Source of the DNA: Raillietiella orientalis
Taxonomy: Eukaryota
NCBI GenBank assembly: GCA_036172245.1
Contig: JAYWIR010000015.1
Location: 3,968,001-4,032,000, forward strand
Length of the DNA: 64,000 nt
Reading direction: 5' to 3'
Shown here in pieces: positions 13,150-25,339 of this stretch. Position 1 is the stretch's first letter, and the number at the start of each line of letters is the position of its first letter. Both the position numbers and the translations under genes were made by a program. Under the pieces are notes generated by a model, which had not been told where the DNA came from, did not search any database, and saw only the letters and a program-made list of their open reading frames with translations.

Positions 13150-16100
13150 GCAAGACGTGTTTGAGCTTAGCTCCGGCAAGTAGTGCTGGAAAATTTTCTC
13201 GCGACGGCTTTTGTTTATTTAACGTTTTCTAATACCTATACGCGTATTCTAGCTGTGTGCGGAAAATTAGTGTGGTACGTTAGGTAGTGTTTCCAATATA
13301 CGGATTTTTCTCTGGTCGCCCGCAGCTGCTATAGTTTAACTAGAGAGCTGTTGGTTGGCCAAGGGAAAAGTTCTTAGCAAAGACAATGGATGCGGACATA
13401 TTCAAGGAAAGCCCTTTAACCCTGGCTTCTTCGGAAGTGCACTGTGGAAACATCACCCCTGAGGAAGTTCTGTTGACATTAAGGAACTCCCAAGACACTG
13501 CCCCAGGAAATGACGGGATACCGTACTCCCTCCTGCGGAAAGCAGACCCAGACGGATCTTGTCTTGCAGCTCTATACAATTCATGTGTCCGTCACTTGCG
13601 TATCCCTAACGACTGGAAAACATCACTCACAGTTCTAATCCCTAAATCTGGAGCATCTGATCCGGCAGATGTCACGCAGTTTCGCCCCATCGCAATCTCT
13701 AATACCAATGGCAAACTATTCTGCAAAATCCTTGCGAAAAGGTTGCACTCGTGGATCCTCAACAACGGAATCCTTGGACACCATCAAAAGGGATTTCTTT
13801 CTTATGATGGCGTGCTGGAGCAAAACTTTGTCCTGACCACTGCACTCGAGCGCTCCCGAGTGCACCACCAAGACATGGCCATTGCATGGATAGACTTTAA
13901 AGACGCGTTTACCTCTATCCCCCATCAGCTCATTCTAGACACGTTGACCGTACCAGGGGCGGGTAGTCAAACAAAGTGCATCAGCCAGTTCCCTTGCCAT
14001 TGCCAAAGTCCTCATTCTTCATCCTGAGGACATCCAGAACTCAAAACAACCCAACAGCCAAAGTACCCACAAACAAAGTGCATCAGCCCTCATTCCCTTA
14101 TCATTGCCAATTGCCATGGAATCATTGAGGAAATGTATTCGGAATCTACGACAACGATAGTGGCTTCGGACGGACTTACGATCCCAATACCGATTCGTTC
14201 CGGAATTCGCCAAGTTTGTCCCCTAAGTGGGCTGTTATTTAACATCGCTCTGGAACCCTTTATCAGAATCCTGAAACACCAACACCCCTCTATTATTCCG
14301 CTTGCTTATGCAGACGATGTTGCGCTTATTGCTAGTTCGATAAAAGAACTACAACTGACCGTCACCACACTGACAGATTCAACTCGAGCTGCAAACTGGC
14401 AAATAAATGCGAAATTCCCCAATATCTGTGAGCGGTGCGTGAATTCCGTCCCTTTCCCTTCAAGATACTTAAGAATTACCTAGGGAAACCGACTGGCTTC
14501 GATCCACTCATGTACGACGGAAACGTGGATAACTTCATTGCTCATTTCAAAATCATTGCCGACTCCTCCTTAGCCCCATGGCAGAAACTGGACGCCATTA
14601 AATGCTTTTTCTTGCCATCATTAGTGCAAGACCTTCGTCTTGGCACGAAGCCACTATCGTCATGGGCCAAGATTGATAAAATAATACGGAATACGCTGAA
14701 GCAAAGCATTCTCCCGCTTACCCAAGGATCATCAAACGAATACCTATACGGAAGTGTTCGTGATGGATGCCTCGGGATAATGCTTCTTGTCGAAGAGGCA
14801 AGAACAATGATCTCTGATTCTGCGTTCAAACTACTAACGTGTCCGGATTCCCATGTGACTGATCCCTCCTCCTCGTCCCTTTCCGACGCCGTACATAGGA
14901 AGGCTCACGTGCCGCCAAACCTGGTTCTGTTTACTCGGTTCCTCAATGGATGCTGTTCGTCCCCCTTAGACCGCCCAAGTGGTGATATCCGCACGATGTG
15001 GTCCACATTATGGGAAGCTACGAAGCACCTTCCTATAGCGTGGAACTTTGATGACAAATACGTGACTCTCTCTTTATCCTTCCCCGAACATGAAAACCCC
15101 AAAATCCTCTCCTTTCCGCAGCGGCGACAAGTAGCACGAACGATGCGTTCTCACTTTCGAGAGCAAAAACGCTTATCACTTCTAGCCAAGCCATACCAAT
15201 GTGAGATAATAGAATGTGTAGCCCTCCACGAAGCCTCTATGTCATTCCTGCCTGCATGTGATGGATTCCGCTTCGCAGACTGCCGATTTATACACCGTGC
15301 CCGTTTGAACCGCTTCTTTCTCAACCGAAATCGGAAAACGCCTAGTGAAATTGAGCAATGCTGAAGACACGGCTATGTAAAAGAAACATTGAAGCATGCC
15401 ATATGTCACTGTCCAATTTATCTTGAGACAATGATCACCCAACGACATAACGCTGTTGTCGACACCTTGTTCAAGATCCTCTTCCTTCGATGGCCTGTTG
15501 CCCAAAAGTATCGCCGAGTGGATGTGTTAAACTCCACTCTTCCCCCCGACATATTTTTACAGAATGCGTCCACAGCAGTTATAATAATTGACGTTGTCAT
15601 CTCATTTAAAAATCGTGTATTATCGCTACAGCGTGCAAGAGAAACCAAAATTCTGAAGTACGCAGGGATAGAGACCTCCCTCAAGAATGAAGGCTTGCGC
15701 GCCATCAACCAAGTGTTTGTAATTGGTGCTCTCGGCTCATGGGATGCCGAAAATGATAAGCTCCTAAAATTGCTCGTAATCCCTCAAAGAACAATTACTG
15801 CGATCTCTAGGCATCTATGTACGGAAATTATAAAATTTTCCCGGGACATATACATCAACCAAACCCTTCTGCGTATCCAGCAGAAAACCTCGAAGGAAAT
15901 GTCCTACGACATGAGAATATGTACCAAACACACGGAGAGCTATGCCCTATATCCCAAATACAAAAGCAGTCCTTCCCCATCACAGTGTAGGTCCGCCCGC
16001 AGATGACATCCGTTTGGACGGCTCTTCGGCATCTTCAATAGCAGAAGCTATTCACGTGCTAACGTCCCTCTAAGTGCTATTTTAATACACTAACCTCTTT

Positions 16101-16232
16101 TCATGTTCCTCCCTCAACAGCTGTGTATTCAAAGACAATTGAAACCTCTGTAAAATTGAACTTTACAAACATATCGTAAAACTAACCTTTATATAAGGTA
16201 CAAATGTAACAAGAATGTCGTAATAAACAAAA
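13150..16232 (+). mobile_element. RLE-type (Utopia/NeSL-like) non-LTR retrotransposon, N-terminus missing, frameshifted
   Basis: TAPGNDGIPY, FRPIAISN, HQKGF, WIDFKDAF, GIRQVCPLS, YADD, LAPWQKLDAI, RFIHRARLN, decayed CCHC (ETLKHAICHC), RHNAVV, PDIFL...IIDV...K..KY, IGALGSWD. Ends AATAAACAAAA. Confidence 0.9.
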
Positions 16233-17356
16233 CCTCAGCACCAACTCAAAAGAAATGCTGAAGAGCAACAGGCTTAAACGGTTGCCCTGCTTGATGCCCT
16301 GACGCACCGGCACTCCGTACACGTGGCAGCCGCTGAAGGAGATGAGCACGTGGCGCCAGCATGCGTGCAAATAGACCACGAGGTGCACCGGGAGACCGAG
16401 ACGTTCCAAGAGCTCCAGGAGGAGTTCCTGGTTGACACAGTGGAACGCATTGTGGAGATCGACCGCGACCGCCAAGACACCCTGCGTTTCCTCAGGCCGA
16501 ATGCACCTACGCCTAGCCGATGCAGCCTCAGTTGCGGTTGCCTGGCTGTCCTGCGCCACGCACCTCTGTAACTCGAGTCAACTGCGCGCGAAGAACAGGT
16601 TCGCCTGCATGGACCGTCCGGGAACAGCGTAGGACTGCTCCGGACTTACCACGGATCCAGCGATCCTGCCTAGGCGCGCGACCCACAGCCTGGAGAACAA
16701 CTTGACGTCCGAATTCACCAAGGTGATCGGACGCCAGTTGTTTAATTGGCGCATGTCTCCGCCTTTCGGCAGGAGACGCACTCTTGCTGAGCGAAACGAG
16801 GCCGGGACATTGCCCGTCTCTCGCATCAGCGTCGAGAGGCTGAGCACCAGGGGGATGAGTTCCGCCGCGAAGCACTGGTAGAACTCCGCAGGCAGACCAT
16901 CCTCACCTGGCGCCTTTCGCCTCTTCAGGCCCGCTATGGCGACAGACACTTCTTCCGCCGTGAAGGGCGAATCCAAAGTGGCGCGTTCCTCCGCGTCGAC
17001 AGCAGGGGCATCCGCCGGCAGAAGCAGCTCGGAGAGACTGCGTTCCGTCGGCTCCCTAGCACACAACGAGGAGTAGTAGCGCTTTAGGAGGCGGCGAACG
17101 TCGGCCGCGGTCGAGCATTCCAGGCCCTGGTCGTCGAGCAGACAAGCCGCTCCAGACTGCCAGATCTGGCGCTCGGCCTTAGCCTTGTACTCCGTAAGAT
17201 GCTGGACGTCCGGGCATCGAGAGAATGTGCGGGCCTGCAGAAACTCTCTGCTGTTGGCCACGCCTTCCCCGAAGTCGCGGGGGAGCAGATGCAAGGAGAA
17301 CCGGCAGCAGAACTCGCGGACCGATCTTTTTAGATCGTCCCAGTCCGCGAGCTCCC

Positions 17357-18569
17357 TTTTTTCTTGTGCTCCGTCGTCGCTGCCAAGTCGGCCACTGCGG
17401 TCTGCAGTTGCGGAGAGTGGCCAATCCGATGAGGAACAATGTGGGCTTGCTCTCCTGTCTCCCAGTTAACGGATCCGCCTGGCTGTAGCAAACCGTATAC
17501 TCATGGGTGAGGAGCAACGAACAGCGCGCCAAACAACAGCGAAGAGCGCAACAGCTGTTTGCGCTCAACGACCGCCTCACGCTCCGGGAGTTCCTGGAGA
17601 ATCCCCCAAAAAGAGCATGGGTAGGAAGAACTCCCCTCGCTGCAGTGCTGCCTTCCCTCATGGACCATCTGGGCAGCAACACCGCGGCGGCATGGGAAGT
17701 TTTTGCGAGAATCTCCGGTACAGAGAAGAGGATCGAAGAATGAAAAGCGGGCAGACTGTGCGATGCTGCGGTCCAGATTTCCACCCCTATTGGACTTTTG
17801 AGCTGGGGCGAGCTGCTGGATGTTCCGCCGGAACAACTGAAATGGACACCCATGCTGATGGACACCCGTGCCCTCCCATTGAATTCCCTGTGGCAGGAGT
17901 CCGCGTTCATGGTGCTGCACTGGGAACTCCCGTGAAACGCCCGCCGGCACCAGTGAACACTGGGAGCGGTAGATCCAAATTGTTTACGGTGTGGCGAGCG
18001 TGAGTCCCTCCTCCACTTGTTAGTGGATTGTGTTGCTCTTCGGCTCCTTTGGAATTGCTTTGCCGCGGCCATCGGGATCCCCTGCGGCAATCCCAAGGAC
18101 TCAATTGGAACTCTCTTCGTTTGCGACGCCCTCCGGCCTGCGGCCTCGTTAGCAGCTCTGTGCTGCCTACGTGGGATCGTTGCCGCATGGAGCAAGGTCA
18201 CAGGAGGACCTCGCGATGAGGGTGCCGTCCAATGCGCCGCCAAATTTATGAGGATGGCGACAGGATGTGCCCACCTGGACAGACAAATCAAAGAAGAGCT
18301 TGCCGGCATCCTAGAAAGAATATAACTGCCCCTTAGCAGAATGTGATTCCTTCCTGTGCCCCCCAGATGTTGTTTTTAATTATTTTTTTATTTTTGTTTT
18401 TGTTTTGTTTCTACCCCCTCTGCTGTCATGGTGGACCGTACCGGTCTGCGAACCGGTGACCCGACAGGCTCGCTATTGTTTGTTTGTGCGTGACTGAACC
18501 ACTGGTTAAGCCACGAACTCTCGACGTGTCTTTTTCCAAAGAATAAACACCCCGGCGCTCAGGTGAGAA
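17357..18569 (+). mobile_element. L1/Tx1-like element D, 5'-truncated 1.2 kb copy with 10-bp TSD
   Basis: GCGAGCTCCC at 17347-17356 and 18570-18579; LLVDCVALR...LAALCCLRGIVAAWS...ELAGILERI; ends AATAAAcaCCCCGGcgctCAGGTGAGAA. Confidence 0.9.
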
Positions 18570-20539
18570 GCGAGCTCCCGAACGACAAAACCCCGAAGAT
18601 GCTGGCGGAGGTGCTCCGCTGCCACCGGATTGCTGAGCCTGTCAGCCGGCATCCTCCAGACGTGCGTCGGAGGGCCCTTGCCAGGCGGGAGAAGCTCAAA
18701 CTCCAGCCTGTGGTGGTCGGAAAGCTCGGGCGGCACGAAACCTCTTCGACCCACTCGACAGAGCAGGTGGTCGTCGAGGAACGCATTGTCTGGCAACGCG
18801 CGCATTCCAGGATCATCGGTAAGCAAATTCGAAGAGTGCACGGAAGCGCAAACCTCGTTCACAGCCGCTTCTGCCGGGAGAGAAATGCCGGCAGCCTACC
18901 GATAGCACGTGGACGTTGAAGTCCTCGGCCACGAGGTGAGCCATTTTGGGGCCGGAGTTACTGAGCCACTGGCTGCGTAGGCTACCGAAAAACTCGAGTC
19001 TCTAGGTGTGACGCCCGCCGCCGCTCGGCACGTACACATTCGTGACGACAAGGTCGATCTATTCGGACCACTTCGAACAAGCTGGTCCACACGACCTTCC
19101 CTATCGAAACGGACGTTCCGCACCGCCCCCGCCACCCTGCCCCGGACGAGGAATGAGACTCCGCAAGTATTCTGGGAACCTTGCCTCCAGTGGAGAGTCC
19201 CGCCTGCTCGACCTTCAAGATCGGCCACTTGCTTTTCGGAGATGTCGCGTATCTCCTGCAGCAGGACCAGATCGAAGTCACGCAAGACGTTGGCTACCAA
19301 CCCCCTCTTCTCGGCGTCCTGCAGCCCGTTGACGTTCCAACAGGCCACGCAGACGCGACGAGAAGATGCGAGTCCGTGCATTACTGCTGCGGGTATGGCG
19401 GCGCGTTCCTCGCCCCGTCCGGCGAGGCATCAGCAGGGAGCACCGTGGATTGGGGAGCGGAACTGCACCCGGTCTCCGCGCACCGCACGCGGCTGGCTCT
19501 GTGGAGTCGAGGAGCATCACCTCGGGCTCCGGGGAGCATCGGGAACAGTTCCCGGCATCAGACTCGCGCCTGGAAAGTTTGGGCTTTGGCGCAGCCCCAG
19601 GTTGCCCCGGAGCTTGGCTCTCTATCTCACTCCCCTCGGACTCCAACCTGGAGCCCGAATGCTGAGCGCGCGACAGGCGTTTCTCCTGCCTGCTCTTTTG
19701 CTGGCAGCTGGAAGCTGGTCCAGCATCCGGAGAGGGTGCCGCCGTCGCCGATCCTGCTCTCGAGGTCTCGGCGTCAGCAGCTTCCCTTTGGCTGCGGGCG
19801 ACAGCGACGGCGCACGCAACCGCAGAGGAGGCTTTTTCTTGCGCCTTCTTTGGCGCGCGGGGCTGCCTCTTCACCCCGCCTACCTTTATGATGGGGAAAT
19901 GGAAAGGATCTCTTGTCTTCCTCTGTTTCTTCTTCCTCCCCACAAGAGACCTGCCAGCTCCCCCGTCCTCTGGGTTGCCTTGGCTCGATGAGAGGACCTG
20001 CAGGGTCCTTTGCATCCTTTCGAGGGCCTCCCGATAGGCGATCGCGGCCAGTTGCTTTCTCGCCACATTTACCTTTTGCACCTCCTTACAGGAAGATGCC
20101 GGCAAAGTGGTGGGATTCTTGGTAGTCGCGAGAGGCTTTGCAGCCTTTCCCGCGGTTCGGCTCGCCGTGGACGGCTTGCCTTTCGCGGACGGAAGGGCGC
20201 GCGACCCCTTATTAGAGGCTCCGGTGGACTTACCGCGCGTGCCACCGCCGTTTCGCTCCGGAGCGGGAACGGACGGGGACGGTTGTGCAGCCTTTGTCCG
20301 GATGTTTTCGGCAGGCTGCGTCGCGCGGGGCTTGCTGCTGGCAGAGTCAAGTGGCTTTTTGTCCTGTGCGGAGTTTTGGGGTGTGTTGTCCCCAGAAACT
20401 CTCGTGCGATCGGTTCTGGGCTCACTTTTTCGCTGCGGAGCTGCGTTCGCGCCGGATTTCTTGCCCGAAGACTCGGCTGATGCATTCTGCGCTGACGGCG
20501 AAGTTGCGGGGAGATTTCTCTCCCGACAGTTGGAGACCC

Positions 20540-20874
20540 AAGCGATTCATCGACAGGGCACCGGAATAGCTGACGAGAACATGACGTCCACTGCCGGGTG
20601 GCCTCATCTTTCAGAAGACGCAAGGAATGAGATCTCCGGCATCCAACGCCGGTTCTGAAAACAAGGAACGGCCGAAGCCAAAGCCTAACTCTCCCCATAT
20701 CTTTATTTATATTTTTTCTATGTGTATTTGTGGTCCCCTCCCTCCCGTTCCGAACTTTCGGATTTACCGACCTGCGTGTCGGGAGCCCTCCCTTCGTTTT
20801 TCTTTGTTCTTTGTCCGGGAACTTTGTTCCCGAATAGTTTAGCAATAAAAGCCCCGGCACCACCGGGTGAAAAA
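20540..20874 (+). mobile_element. L1/Tx1-like 3' end fragment
   Basis: WPHLSEDARNEISGIQRRF*, T-rich UTR, hairpin CCGAC-CTGCGT-GTCGG, terminus AATAAAagCCCCGGcaccaCCGGGTGAAAA. Confidence 0.8.
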
Positions 20875-22230
20875 CAGCCGCCCCCTTGCGATCCTCTTGA
20901 TTTCCTGGACGTCTTCCGCCGTGATCCGATTCCCGGCATTACTGCTAGGAAAGTGGCGTGTCGGACCCCGCCACCTGAGCGGGCGGCAGGTTTTCGGGGA
21001 CGGAGGGCACCTGAGGCACCTGGATGGCCTCCATCTCCTCCGTGGAGGTGAGTGGGACGTTCTCGGGCGACGAGTCCCGAGTGCCCACGCTCATCGCACC
21101 CTCGCTGCCGGAAACGAACTCTTCCCCTTCCTCCGACGCGTCTTGGAGTGGCAACATGGATTGTGGCGTTCAGACTTCCGGCGACATAATTCTGCAGAGG
21201 AAGATGCTTTTCCGGCTTCTACGTCAGAGTCCGAGATCTCGTACCCTTTGTAGAGGCCGGACTCCTCAAACCCTTTTTCTGGGCCTGGGAGGGCGGTGGC
21301 AGCGCGGCGGTGACCTCTTGTATCGCTCTCGCTAGAGTTACGTCGTTCTCGACGGACGGCGCTGCCTCGCTCCCCTCCTTTGCTCCTTTGTTTGCTCGGC
21401 AGCGGTGAGTTCAGGGGCGCCGCACTGGTCGATAGCGAGATGCGGTCAAGGGTCACGCGGCAGCTCTTTGCTTTTTCGCGACGCGGCGGATTTTCACTGC
21501 GTGTCGCGATCGCTTTTGCTTTTTCAGCCATTTTCAAACTTTTTTCCCCCTTAACTACCTGCCATCTTTCCTCGATGTCCCCCTCGATCTTTTCAGCACT
21601 TTCGGCTGAGGTCGATACGGCAGCTTCGGCTGGTTTGTGCGGCGACTTTCGCTGCCAATTTTTTTTGTTTGTTAGCCTCGCGCTTTTTCTCATCTCTGGC
21701 AGACGCGACGCGGACGATACTTTGTGGGCACACCGCACTGGTGTGCCCCGTGATGTGGCACTGCTGGCACTGCACATTTGGGCACCTCTTTTTGAGGTGG
21801 CCTCAAGCGTTGCAGTGCGCGCAATATTTGGGTTTCCCCACATACCACAAGTCTACCGGTTCCCCGGCGACCTGTAGCTTGTGGGATAACCCACAGCCCT
21901 CGCGCACGGTGATTCGCGCTGTTGCGAGGCCCCCCAGAAGCTCGCAGTGCTCCATGAAGGGAGAGGGCTTCGTACACAGCTGGTGGACCGTACCATATTT
22001 CGCGAGTTCGTTGCGGGCGGCCTCTTTGGTCATCCGCAAAGTTATTCCAAGAAGGTGGACCGCCATCGAGGGGTCCACCGTGATCGGAAGGAGCTTTCCA
22101 TCGCAACGGGGGTCCTCAGCAGTCGTTGGGCAGGGTCTGCCTGGTTGCAGACCACCTCAACGTACTGACCCCTGCTCCGGACAGTCATCGCACGAAGCTC
22201 CTCTTTCCTCATGCCGTGCACGTACATCGC
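20875..22230 (-). mobile_element. L1/Tx1-like element C: ORF1 with two CCHC zinc knuckles and the internally deleted start of ORF2
   Basis: VHLLGITLRMTKEAARNELAKYGTV (RRM-like), WYVGKPKYCAHCNA*GHLKKRC and CQQCHITGHTSAVC (CX2CX4HX4C twice), then TAATG and ITAEDVQEIKRIARGRL (APE fragment). Confidence 0.85.
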
Positions 22231-22289
22231 CTTAGAGAAGGAGGCTGCGCTCTCCGGATTGTATAAGTGACCTACCTTGTAGAGGAGAA

Positions 22290-23553
22290 TTGGGTTGCAG
22301 ACCTTTTGTTCTGCCGGCGACGGGGACAGAACGGGCTGCGGTGTGGAACGCGACCTCCATCCTCCGACCCTTGCTTTTTGTTTGCCCCGTCCCTCCCCCC
22401 CTGTTGAATAAGAGGACGAAGGACCTCCTCCGTATCGCCCTTTGGGGCAACGGGAGGCCCCGGGTGCCTTTGAAGGACTTGCGGCACTGGCGGAATGCGG
22501 AAACCGCTCGCTTTGACCAGCCAGGATTCGAAGTTGTTACTCCATGGTCCTTCTGGGAATCATGGAGCCGCTCTCTCTCCTTCAGGATGGTGCCCTCGCC
22601 CTCTCCTCGCGTACTGTGGAGTTGGTTAATACCCTTCTCAGAGGGTTGCTCTGCAGAGTGTGAGAAACTCTCTGCTCCCTTCGGGGAGCTCCCTCTAGAG
22701 AAATTTGAAAGCGTTCCTTCGGGGTTCTCCTCGGAAGAGTAGCGAAAAGCGGATCCTTCAGTGGAGAAATGAGGAGCGGTTAAGATCCCTTCGGAGAACA
22801 TAAGGAAGAGGTTTCCTCCGGAGTCCCTTTCGGATGCAATCAAGGCAAGAGGTCTTCCCTGCAACGCGCGCTGATGCCGCTGGACTCTGGAGAGGGGGAG
22901 CCCGGACTGTCGCAGGTGCGGAGAACAGGAATCTCCCTTCCCGCATCTGCTTGTGAACTGTGTCGCCCTTTGGCCCCTATGGGAATGTTTCGGAACGACC
23001 CTCCGGATCCCGGCTGGCAATCCCAGGGAAGTTTTACAATTCCTGGTGCAGAACGCCCTGCAGCCAGCCGCAGCCCCAGCAGCGCATAGCCTTGCGCACG
23101 GGCAGTATCGTAGGCGAGGAAGGCGACTGAGCCGCGATTATTGCTAGCAGCGCTTTACTGCATTCGCGGAATCGTGGCGGCCTGGAGCTAAGCCGACAGA
23201 GATAGAAGCGGAAGGGACGCCGTCCAGTTGGCAATTCGCTTTCTGAGGATGGAGGCCAGATGGCCATATCTTGGACCTAGCCGAACGGACCTATTCGGTA
23301 TCCTGGAAAGGATACAGGCTCCCTCCAGTGGACAGCAGTCCCTTCCCGACCCTCCTAAAGGTTTTTTAATTTATTTTTATTCACTTTTTATCTTCTTTTT
23401 CATTTGTTTTTCCCCCATCCCCTTGCGCTGTCGAGGGGATCCACGCCGGTCTGCGCACCGGTGACGCGGAACTGAGTGTAGTAGGACCACGTGCCCTACC
23501 ACAATTAATTTCTTTTCAATTTTAAGAAATGCCACGGCGTGTCCGGGTGTAAA
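22290..23553 (+). mobile_element. L1/Tx1-like 3' fragments, rearranged (unrelated segment ~22490-22850)
   Basis: ERAAVWNA...LRPLLFVCPVP...RTKDLLRIALWG; CRRCGEQESPFPHLLVNC; RFLRMEARWPYL...GILERI; UTR hairpin at 23445-23462; decayed terminus gCCACGGcgtgtCCGGGTGTAAA. Confidence 0.8.
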
Positions 23554-25339
23554 TTCGGAGAAGAAATGAGGAGCGGGCCGCATAAAACAGGGTCCCTCGG
23601 GAAAGAATAAAGATTCCCTCCAGAAACAACCAGGGCAAGGGTCCTTCAGGTCTTTGGCACAAGAGGAGGTACTTGGCTTGATCGAGATGGCAAGATGCAT
23701 CTTGTAGCAGCAACGGATTTCCTGCGTTGCATTTTGGAAGCTGAAGCCATTTGTAATCACACGGAGCTGTTGAAACATCCTAGGGATGAATGCAAGCAAG
23801 GAGAGCAGCAGAACTTCATTTCGTTTTCGGATACCCCAGCCACGTCTGAGGTCACTCAGACGTGGCTGGAGAGTGTTGCTGAAACACCGACCGTGGTGTC
23901 ACCCTCAGAGAACTATGGAGAGTGTTCTTGTGTACTTTTCCCAGGAGTCAGGAATCTCTGGGTTTCGCGGTGACGAGACCTCTTGATCGTCACTCTGTGA
24001 GCGAACTCCGTGTCTCGCTGACGGACAGAATGCAAAAGCTCTTACTGCTGCCAGAAAATCGGACATCGGAAAGTACAGAGGTCGCGATTTCTAAATGGCG
24101 CTTCACACTTTCCAGTACATTTCTATTTCTTGTGCACTTATTTCTTCTATGCGTTCTTCCAGATAAATGGCCATTTTGTACTCCGAACCCGATCGCACAG
24201 GAATCAACCCTCTTCTGTATTGTCCCTTTATTACGTCTCGCGTAAAAGTCTTTGTTCCTCACAATCTGTTGCCTTTATCTCCTGTGGTTTTATGCTACTT
24301 CATCTGATCTTGCTGTGGACTCCGATCACTCTGCTAATGCTTCAGTGGTAATGAGATTCATTTGAGTTCTGTGGTGACGCCTCTGTTTAGTGGCTCCAGC
24401 ACCGTGAGTTGGACTCTGCAAGAAGTTCTGCCGGGTGTTTCACATCCGGAATTAATCGAGCAGCAGACTTCTGCTGCAGTCTTCATTGGTGCTGATGAAT
24501 AAATCATGCAGATTTCTAGTCAACACAACGCGCTCTGAGATGTGCAGCTTTCTCTGTCCCGTATTACCTCGAGGGCATTCGTCACTTCGCAAGGGCTCAT
24601 GTGAACGGTACTGCAGTTGTGTCATTCCCAATCCCGAAATGGTTTGAAACCTGCACATCCTGCCTCCATGTCATCATTCCATGATTTTTCCACAGTATAA
24701 ACTCCACTACATTAGACACTACACTACATTACACCTCCTCCTCCATTACATCCAAGTATGGGGCTCGTATGTGTGGATATTTTGAAAAGGGAGATGTAAA
24801 TTGCCGTCATGATTAATGTTGTCCATTTTTCTTCACACCTAGGTGGAATCTTCTTCTCCTTTAGGTGGTAAATTCAATTTCTCCGAAACAGTAGTTGCTT
24901 CCTTTGGGAAATTGCCATCATGTTAGGGCGAGTTCTTTCCAAGGTTCCATGACTCTTTTTTGTCTTTCTTTGAAGGTATGATTTCTCTGACGAATTTTGT
25001 GTAACGTTTTAAAAGTCTTTGTAGTCTTGTAATGTCTGCTCTTCATTGGCTCCATTGAAAGCCACCTATTTCATCATTATGGATTTGTCTTTCTGTTTCC
25101 ATTTGGAGGAGTTGTTGGGATCTTTCTATTTATAGACCTTTCATTGCTTATAGAAATAAAATATGTCTTTCGAAGATGATTCGGCGTTCTCTAGTTTTCA
25201 GCTTCCCTTTACTACTACTGATTTCTTGGTGTGGCAACGTTAGTACTTTCAAGATGAAACAAATCTGAAAATGTCATGTTGTGGACACTGAGTCTTCTTT
25301 TCCCAAGACTGATGAACATTAAATATTCTGGATCTTGAA

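Larger units (their letters stand above)
11527..20530 (-). mobile_element. L1/Tx1-like element B (ORF1 tail + ORF2), degenerate, with two nested insertions
   Basis: Collinear pieces: ORF1-like 19383-20530; VACWNVNG...LLQEI at 18896-19381; SDH ~18715; KAPGEDG/WRPITLVN at 16578-17294; DLHNAFH/GIKQG/FELVLR at 16233-16559; YRLTL...YAND at 12692-13149; ETLPHLLLDC at 11545-11829. Confidence 0.88.

Noticed and set aside
7351..17294. Prokaryotic RT systems (retron, DGR, group II intron, CRISPR-associated RT)
   Set aside because: The RTs are linked to APE or restriction-like endonucleases, CCHC fingers, gag knuckles, AATAAA and TSDs, all marks of eukaryotic non-LTR retrotransposons. No repeat-spacer array or operon structure is present.
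9607..19991. Long ORFs such as 9607-10404(+), 10386-11243(+), 17179-18309(-) and 19008-19991(+)
   Set aside because: Antisense or off-frame shadows of GC-rich retroelement coding sequence; several run across insertion junctions.
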